Assembly (NCBI GenBank): GCA_046045965.1
Contig: JBJOKS010000060.1
Location: forward strand, 1-13,468
Direction of reading: 5' to 3'
Origin: Cyanobacteriota bacterium
Lineage (GTDB): Bacteria > Cyanobacteriota > Cyanobacteriia > Cyanobacteriales > Nostocaceae
DNA length: 13,468 bases
In this document: positions 7,721 through 13,468 of the stretch, in pieces
Layout: each line of letters begins with the position of its first letter
Position numbering within the stretch: the stretch's first letter is position 1
The notes under the pieces: generated by a model
What the model was told of the DNA's origin: nothing
The model's database searches: none
What the model saw: only the letters and a program-made list of their open reading frames with translations
Made by a program: the position numbers and the translations under genes

Positions 7721-8872
7721 TTACAATTCGGTAAGAACTGACTCAAGGACGGTAGACATAAAAGTGATACTATAATTTTCTACACATCGTTTTCTTGCTT
7801 GCACTCCACGTTGGTTAGCATCATCTAAATTATCAAATATTGATTGAATTGTGTCTGCGATTTGTTCGGGAGATTGAGGATCGACTAGATAACCAGTGTT
7901 ATCTAAAATGTCCGGTATATCTCCTACTTTAGTTGATAAAACAGGTTTAGCCATAGCCATACCATCTGTTAATTTTAGAGGAAATTGGGCGCGAGCAATG
8001 ATATTATCTCGTTGGGGAACAACTACAACATGGGCAGCAGATACAACTTCCGGCATCACTTCTACAGGACATTTTGGTAATTTGATGATCCAACGTCCCC
8101 ATTTTTCAATCAGTTTTTGATCGTAATCATCATACGGACTGCCACCAACTATTACTAATTTTAAATCTTCTTGATTCAGATAATCTAAGGCCATTAATAC
8201 ATCTTCAACTCCCTTGTGTGGTCTGGGAGCGCCAGGAAACATCAGCACTTTATAAGATGCTAAACCATAGCGTTCTCTGCTGGTTTGAGGATCATATTTA
8301 TCTGGGTTAAACATTTCTGTATCTTTACCATTAGGTACATAAACGCCTCCAAAACGATCTTGCAGAAATTGTGTATCTATGGTGATTGCATTGGCAAAAG
8401 ATACTAAATTTTCTATCCATTGGATATAAAGTGGATGATCGGGAAATCTCAGTGCGCCATCTTTTTTGAAAATATCTCTATACAGTTGCTTAATTCCAGG
8501 ACTATATTTCCATTCAAAACCTCCATACCAACTAAGCTCCCAGTCATCCATATCTAATAGCAACGGACGGGAACTACTCAATTTTTTAAGTAGACTCACT
8601 CCAAAACTTGTTGCTTTAGGTTTTACGGCATAAATAATATCTCCATCTATTTTCTCTAAAAGCTGCTTAACCGAGCCTAAAAAATCAGGATAATTTGTAC
8701 CAGGTACAGAAACAACTTTTATCCCAGATGGAGGAATTGCATAAATTTCTTTTCCGTAAATAAATCCGACAATTTCTACTTCATAATCCAGCCGTCTTAA
8801 AACTTGAGCTAGTAAAAAAGCCCGGACAGTTCCACCACCAGATAAATCACTAACAACTAATGAAACTTTCAT
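7721..8872 (-). CDS. Glycosyltransferase family 4 (GT-B)
   Basis: 383 aa. MKVSLVVSDLSGGGT.R start, YVPNG.D, MFPGAPRPHKGVEDV, FPLKLTDGMAMAKPVLSTKVGDIPDIL..TGYLV. Confidence 0.85.
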   Translation of the reverse strand: MKVSLVVSDLSGGGTVRAFLLAQVLRRLDYEVEIVGFIYGKEIYAIPPSGIKVVSVPGTNYPDFLGSVKQLLEKIDGDIIYAVKPKATSFGVSLLKKLSSSRPLLLDMDDWELSWYGGFEWKYSPGIKQLYRDIFKKDGALRFPDHPLYIQWIENLVSFANAITIDTQFLQDRFGGVYVPNGKDTEMFNPDKYDPQTSRERYGLASYKVLMFPGAPRPHKGVEDVLMALDYLNQEDLKLVIVGGSPYDDYDQKLIEKWGRWIIKLPKCPVEVMPEVVSAAHVVVVPQRDNIIARAQFPLKLTDGMAMAKPVLSTKVGDIPDILDNTGYLVDPQSPEQIADTIQSIFDNLDDANQRGVQARKRCVENYSITFMSTVLESVLTEL

Positions 8873-8933
8873 ACTTACATAATGGCTAAATAAGTTTTTA
8901 AATTAATTGTTAAACGCCAAGAAAAAAATTAAT

Positions 8934-9956
8934 TTAAATACGGGTTCTATTGATTTGATGTTTTTTTGCTAGAAAAAATAGCAGCTTTTTGGATCTTGGT
9001 CCGCGATACCTGTCATACAACAGAAAATTTGGCATAATTTTTCTTACTGCATTCAATATTTTGAGAGACAGCTTGTTGTTTATTTTCAGTTTCTTATCGA
9101 TTAAATAAACTGGCATAGGAGCTATTTCTGCCAGTCTATCAAAAAGATGATTATCTTTTTCTCTGATTACTTCTTCCAATAAACATTCTATTCCCCTTTG
9201 ACACAGTTGATTTAATTCTGTATAATTTTTTGTGATATTTTCGTAAAAAACCGTATAGTAGTTTTTCATATAATTCCAGTTATTAGTGCGATTCGACTGG
9301 TGCTTTGTGTAATAAGCACCGATCATAGGTGTATAGATAAATTCTGCGCCATTTTTTAAAATATCTACCGCAAAATATCTATCTCCTAATGCTTTTAAGT
9401 GTTCAGGGAACTTTGTCTTATTCCCAATGCTTTTTTTCATTAGCATAGCTTGCTGAAGACAAGGATGAGGTGAAGTTGTCAGAAAGTCAGGTATCAGTAG
9501 ACGTTCAATTAGTTGGTCTTTACTTAGTGAACCGATAATATTTTCCTGAGAGTCAATAATATTATCTTCATCATCTAGGAATACACGGTCATAATCTGAA
9601 TAGAAAACTATATTTTCATGAATTTTTTCTGTTGGTAAATAGCTCAACTGAAATCTAATTTTGTCTTCATGTATCCAATCATCCGCATCCAGACATTGAA
9701 CCCACTCTCCTTGGGCTTGTTGAATACCAAAATTTCGAGAAGATGGCAGTCCACTATTTTCTTTAAAAAAGTATTTAACTCGGCTATCTTGACTTATCAA
9801 ATTTTCAGCTATCTGACGAGTATCATCAGTGGAGCCGTCATCTATAATCAGGCATTCAATATCTGTTAATGTCTGTGACAACACACTTTTTACTGAACGT
9901 TCTAGGTAATGACCTTGATTAAAACAGTTAATAACAATTGATACAAGGGGAAACAT
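8934..9956 (-). CDS. Glycosyltransferase family 2
   Basis: 340 aa. PLVSIVINCFN, SVLSQT, IIDDGSTD, NSGLPSSRNFG and DxD (CLDADD). AAGGA upstream. Confidence 0.88.
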   Translation of the reverse strand: MFPLVSIVINCFNQGHYLERSVKSVLSQTLTDIECLIIDDGSTDDTRQIAENLISQDSRVKYFFKENSGLPSSRNFGIQQAQGEWVQCLDADDWIHEDKIRFQLSYLPTEKIHENIVFYSDYDRVFLDDEDNIIDSQENIIGSLSKDQLIERLLIPDFLTTSPHPCLQQAMLMKKSIGNKTKFPEHLKALGDRYFAVDILKNGAEFIYTPMIGAYYTKHQSNRTNNWNYMKNYYTVFYENITKNYTELNQLCQRGIECLLEEVIREKDNHLFDRLAEIAPMPVYLIDKKLKINNKLSLKILNAVRKIMPNFLLYDRYRGPRSKKLLFFLAKKHQINRTRI

Positions 9957-10028
9957 TTGTTAATTATTCCTTGGGTAAGTACAAAAGTCTTGAGTTATCT
10001 ACTTGTAACCGTCGTCTATGTTAGATGG

Positions 10029-10052
10029 AAAATCTATATAAAAATCTATATA
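10029..10052. repeat. Tandem 12-bp direct repeat (AAAATCTATATA)x2 in the divergent GT2/gloB intergenic region
   Basis: Exact copies at 10029-10040 and 10041-10052. Confidence 0.7.
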
Positions 10053-10289
10053 ATAAAATTACTAAAAATAATCCTCAATAAATCAAGTAGTAACTACATA
10101 TTTTCTCATAGAGCAGTTTAAGGATTTGTCTGTTATTATACTACCATACTATATAAAAAATTAACAGATCAGATCAACAAAAGACAAGTAATCATAATAT
10201 AAATTTTCGTCTTAGCTCATTTTTCCAATAGGCTATAGTTATGAATGATAAATATCAAGTATTTATTTGTGTGGGAGGTAAAGAAAGCA

Positions 10290-11063
10290 ATGCAAGTAAT
10301 CCGTCTAGCAGCACTTGCTGACAACTATATATTTTTGTTATACGATTTACAGCACAATATTGCCGCCGTAGTTGATCCAGCAGAGTCTAAACCTGTTTTA
10401 CAGCAACTTGCACAACTAAAATGCAATTTAGTTGCAATTTTTAACACACATCATCATCACGATCATGTGGGTGCTAATCAGGAGTTAATCCAGCAATATC
10501 CCCAATTAACAGTGTATGCTGGAGTTGAGGATCGGGGCAGGATTCCTGGACAACAGGTATTTTTACAAGAAGGCGATCGCGTACAATTTGCCGATCGCAC
10601 AGCTGAAGTATTTTTTGTACCCGGACATACACGCGCTCACATCGCTTACTACTTTCCACCAGTAACACCAACTGACACAGGAGAGTTATTCTGCGGTGAT
10701 ACTCTATTCGCTGGTGGTTGTGGTCGTTTGTTTGAAGGTACACCAGCACAAATGGTAAACTCATTAAGCAAACTGCGGGCTTTACCTGATAATACCCGTG
10801 TCTGGTGCGCCCATGAATACACTTTAAGTAATCTGCGCTTTGCATTAACAGTTGATAGGGAAAACCCAGATTTACAAAAGCGATTTGCAGAAGTAACAGG
10901 GATGCGTCAGCGTCAAGAAGCTACAGTTCCTTCTCTGCTGGGTATTGAAAAGCAGACAAATCCGTTTTTACGTTGGGATCAATCTTCATTACAATTAGCT
11001 GTAAACAGTACCGACCATGTACAAACTTTTGCTAAAATTCGCGGAATGAAAGACAAATTTTAA
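10290..11063 (+). CDS. gloB: Hydroxyacylglutathione hydrolase (glyoxalase II)
   Basis: Metallo-beta-lactamase motif THHHHDHVG, plus [33 protein letters not shown] and R..KD.F end. Start moved from 10245 to the ATG at 10290 ([13 protein letters not shown]), which has GGAGG at 10274-10278. Confidence 0.95.
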   Translation: MQVIRLAALADNYIFLLYDLQHNIAAVVDPAESKPVLQQLAQLKCNLVAIFNTHHHHDHVGANQELIQQYPQLTVYAGVEDRGRIPGQQVFLQEGDRVQFADRTAEVFFVPGHTRAHIAYYFPPVTPTDTGELFCGDTLFAGGCGRLFEGTPAQMVNSLSKLRALPDNTRVWCAHEYTLSNLRFALTVDRENPDLQKRFAEVTGMRQRQEATVPSLLGIEKQTNPFLRWDQSSLQLAVNSTDHVQTFAKIRGMKDKF

Positions 11064-11092
11064 TTTCAATAATTCACAGCTTGACTCCATGC

Positions 11093-12817
11093 TTAAAAAT
11101 TATGGGTAAACTTTCTCAAATATTCCTTTCTCCATTGAGCGTCCCTTTTTCTATTTGTCCTAATTTCCAAAACCCGTATTCCCTGACTTGGTAACACTTT
11201 TAATCTTTCTTCTAACTGTTTCCAAGAATTAATCAACTCATGCTGTACACCATAGGTAGCACATAACTGAGTAAAATTAATATCCTGGGGAGTGGCAAAA
11301 AATTCTTCAAAAGGTGGATCAAATGTGGCAATAGGTAACATTTCAAAAATTCCCCCACCATTATTATTGATTAATACAATGGTCAAATGTCCAATTAATT
11401 TATTTCTAATTAAAAAACCATTAGTATCATGTAAAAGAGCTAAATCTCCAGTTAACATCACACTACTTTGTTGATGATGTGCTATTCCTACAGCAGTGGA
11501 AAGAGTACCATCAATACCATTTGCACCCCGGTTAAAATAAGATTGAATTTCTAAATTATTCGGTTTCCAGAAAAATTCTACATCTCGCACCGGCATACTA
11601 TTAGAAATAAACAATGGTGTTTTTGGGGGGAGAATTTGCGAAATTAACCAAGCAGCTTTACTTTCAATTAAATCTTCTATATTTTCAAAAGTATCATCAA
11701 TATTTTTTCTGAGTTGCGCTTCAATATCACACCATTTTTGTAAATAAAACCCCCATTTCCCATTCCCCATTTCCCATTCCCCATTCCCCAGATTTTCTAC
11801 AGATATCCTTAAATGTGTTGTTTTTCCATGTAAAGGATCTAAATTATCAACACTATTATCAATTAACCAACGTTGAGCATTAGCAGTAATTAACCAATTA
11901 CGTAATTCTTTACTTGTCGGCATTTCCCCAATTTGAATTACCATTTCTGGAATTAATTCTTGGGCAAGTTTTTGATTACGTAAAATTATGTCATAGGTAG
12001 AAATTAGATAGGGGGTTAAATCTGCATAATTTCTAACAGGAGAAAGTCCCTCAGCTAAAACAGGCCATTGTAAAGTTTGGGAAAGACGAGCGATCGCTCT
12101 ACAATATTCTTCAGGTTCTTTGGGTTGTGCTACCCCAGCAATAATAATACCCCGTTTACATTGTTGCCATTCTTTAGGTAACTGGTAATGGGTAATTGGT
12201 AATGGGGTGGAAATTATCCCAGAAAAGAAATCTTCACAATCTAATATAAAATCAGTACCATCGGGAACTGGTGCAAGGGGATCACGAAAGGGTATATTTA
12301 AATGTACACTTCCCCCTGTAGGAAATTGGCAACGTTCCCAAGCATAAATTACCGTTTGTCGCAAATAAGCTAACATTTTCCCATCTGCGGACGGTGTAGC
12401 TAACTCAGTTTGCCACTTAGGATAATTACCGTATAATTTCACCTGATCGATAGTTTGGCCAGAATGGCACTCTCGCAATTCAGCAGGTCTATCTGTAGTT
12501 AATATTAATAAAGGTACACGACTTTCCTTAGCTTCAATTACTGCTGGGTAAAAATTCGCTCCTGCTGTACCTGAAGTACAAACCAAAACCACAGGTTTTC
12601 CCGTTGCTTTTGCTCTTCCCAAAGCAAAAAAAGCCGCAGAACGTTCATCTAAAATGGGAATAGCTTCAATATCTGGTGCTTGTTTTGCAAAAGCTACAGT
12701 CAGAGGAGTAGAACGAGAACCAGGACATAAAACAGCACAACATAAACCCAAACGTTTGAGGGTTTCTGTTAAAACATAAGACCAAAGTTGATTAACATTA
12801 TTAAAATTAAGTTGCAT
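11093..12817 (-). CDS. menD: SEPHCHC synthase (ThDP-dependent; phylloquinone/menaquinone biosynthesis)
   Basis: 574 aa. CPGSRSTPL, DERSAAFFALG, CTSGTAGAN.YPAVIEA, DRP.EL, NSMPVRD, NRGANGIDG and the ThDP motif GDLALLHD...NNNGGGIF. Confidence 0.96.
   Translation of the reverse strand: MQLNFNNVNQLWSYVLTETLKRLGLCCAVLCPGSRSTPLTVAFAKQAPDIEAIPILDERSAAFFALGRAKATGKPVVLVCTSGTAGANFYPAVIEAKESRVPLLILTTDRPAELRECHSGQTIDQVKLYGNYPKWQTELATPSADGKMLAYLRQTVIYAWERCQFPTGGSVHLNIPFRDPLAPVPDGTDFILDCEDFFSGIISTPLPITHYQLPKEWQQCKRGIIIAGVAQPKEPEEYCRAIARLSQTLQWPVLAEGLSPVRNYADLTPYLISTYDIILRNQKLAQELIPEMVIQIGEMPTSKELRNWLITANAQRWLIDNSVDNLDPLHGKTTHLRISVENLGNGEWEMGNGKWGFYLQKWCDIEAQLRKNIDDTFENIEDLIESKAAWLISQILPPKTPLFISNSMPVRDVEFFWKPNNLEIQSYFNRGANGIDGTLSTAVGIAHHQQSSVMLTGDLALLHDTNGFLIRNKLIGHLTIVLINNNGGGIFEMLPIATFDPPFEEFFATPQDINFTQLCATYGVQHELINSWKQLEERLKVLPSQGIRVLEIRTNRKRDAQWRKEYLRKFTHNF
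11751..11790. repeat. STRR-type heptamer tandem array (C/T)CCCATT x ~5.7 inside menD
   Basis: ccccatt tcccatt ccccatt tcccatt ccccatt cccca. It encodes LGNGEWEMGNGKWG and resembles STRR1 CCCCA(A/G)T of heterocystous cyanobacteria. Confidence 0.85.
12177..12204. repeat. Heptamer tandem array GGTAA(C/T)(T/G) x4 inside menD
   Basis: ggtaact ggtaatg ggtaatt ggtaatg. It encodes PLPITHYQLP. Confidence 0.8.
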
Positions 12818-12842
12818 TAAATCAATATAGAGAGATAAGACA

Positions 12843-12891
12843 ATTTTTAATTTTAAGTTGTTTGTAGGCCATTCAACTTAAAATTTAAAAT
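12843..12891. repeat. 18-bp inverted repeat (one mismatch, 13-nt spacer) in the divergent menD/folB intergenic region
   Basis: ATTTTTAATTTTAAGTTG (12843-12860) versus CAACTTAAAATTTAAAAT (12874-12891). The inner 12 bp are perfect. Confidence 0.7.
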
Positions 12892-12914
12892 GTAAAACTT
12901 CTACTCTAACTTTT

Positions 12915-13286
12915 ATGGACTGTATTCATTTAACAGGAATTCGTTGCTACGGTTATATTGGATATCTACATGAAGAAAAGGTGTTAGGACAATGGTTTGA
13001 GGTAGATTTGAAATTATCGCTGGATCTTTCTCAAGCTGCTGAAACTGATGCCATTGAAGATACTCTAGATTATCGCACTGTTATTACTTTAGTGCAGAAT
13101 TTAGTTAAAACATCTAAGTTTGATTTGTTAGAGAGGTTGGCAGGTGCGATCGCAGATGCTATTCTTCAGCAGAATGATATGGTTTCTCAAATACAAGTTA
13201 TTGTTATCAAACCTGCTGCACCCATACCCGACTTTAACGGCAAAATTCGCATTGAAATTACCAGAACCAGGCAACAAGATAAATAA
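12915..13286 (+). CDS. folB: Dihydroneopterin aldolase
   Basis: 123 aa. MD.I.L.GI..YG..G...EEK.LGQWF.VD, D.I.DTLDY, F.LLERLA and KP.AP motifs. Confidence 0.95.
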   Translation: MDCIHLTGIRCYGYIGYLHEEKVLGQWFEVDLKLSLDLSQAAETDAIEDTLDYRTVITLVQNLVKTSKFDLLERLAGAIADAILQQNDMVSQIQVIVIKPAAPIPDFNGKIRIEITRTRQQDK

Positions 13287-13315
13287 CTGAAAAATGCAGT
13301 GTAAAAAACCCAGAT

Positions 13316-13358
13316 AAAACAAAAACCCCCTCTCAGTATATCAAGAGAGGAGGCTTTT
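13316..13358 (-). terminator. Rho-independent terminator of the rRNA operon (possibly bidirectional, also serving folB)
   Basis: The minus strand reads AAAAGCCTCCTCTC-10 nt loop-GAGAGGGGGTTTTTGTTTT. The stem is fully paired with two G-U wobbles and runs into a U-tract, about 15 nt after the 5S 3' end. Confidence 0.85.
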
Positions 13359-13372
13359 GGATTGAATATAAA

Positions 13373-13468
13373 ACCTGGCATCGAGCTATTGTGACGTGGG
13401 GCAACCCCCAGACTATCGTCGCCGCAGCAGCGTTTCACCTCTGAGTTCGGGAAGGGATCAGTGTGGTT
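13373..13468 (-). rRNA. rrf: 5S ribosomal RNA (partial; 5' end lies beyond the window)
   Basis: The reverse complement reads AACCACACTGATCCCTTCCCGAACTCAGAGGTGAAACGCTGCTGCGGCGACGATAGT...AATAGCTCGATGCCAGGT, with the conserved CCGAAC, GTGAAA and 3' GCCAGG elements. Confidence 0.97.

Larger units (their letters stand above)
3208..13153. repeat. Dispersed HIP1 octamers (GCGATCGC), seven copies seen
   Basis: At 3208, 6009, 6124, 6168, 10573, 12090 and 13146, plus a 7/8 match at 10591. HIP1 is a cyanobacterial genome hallmark. Counted by eye. Confidence 0.9.

Noticed and set aside
7896..9869. 74-aa (7896-8120) and 66-aa (9669-9869) plus-strand ORFs
   Set aside because: Antisense to well-supported GT4 and GT2 genes; no independent evidence.
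10245..10289. Longer gloB start given by the ORF track
   Set aside because: The extra 15 residues do not resemble GloB, and a GGAGG RBS precedes the ATG at 10290.
9957..10289. NtcA box (GTA-N8-TAC) upstream of the glycan cluster
   Set aside because: The GTA positions I checked gave no N8-spaced TAC. The nearest look-alike (GTAGTAACTAC) has N5 spacing.
11064..11092. Terminator between convergent gloB and menD
   Set aside because: The 29-nt gap shows no convincing hairpin.
10474..11474. 123-aa minus ORF (10474-10845) and 60-aa plus ORF (11292-11474)
   Set aside because: Antisense shadows of gloB and menD.
10290..13286. gloB, menD and folB as part of the glycan system
   Set aside because: Ordinary housekeeping genes in alternating orientation with no evident functional link to the cluster.
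13128..13438. 64-aa and 83-aa minus-strand ORFs
   Set aside because: They overlap folB antisense, and the longer one runs through the terminator and 5S rRNA; spurious.

Overview
AT-rich chromosomal window from a cyanobacterium, most likely a heterocystous Nostocales member (seven HIP1 GCGATCGC octamers, STRR-type heptamer arrays inside menD, cyanobacterial-type 5S rRNA). Bases 207-9956 hold an eight-gene minus-strand glycan locus. In transcription order: GT2, GT4, a HepA/MsbA/PglK-like ABC exporter, GT4, a GT10 fucosyltransferase-like gene and three tandem GT8-like paralogs. Housekeeping genes follow (gloB, menD, folB), then the 3' end of an rRNA operon (terminator plus partial 5S, minus strand). 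The most unusual feature is the exporter's ~155-aa C-terminal extension: two tandem HisKA/DHp-like repeats whose phospho-acceptor His is replaced by Tyr and Asp, with no kinase ATPase domain. A perfect 22-bp palindrome with Fur/Zur-like half-sites lies just upstream of that gene. All calls come from reading motifs by eye; no searches were run.
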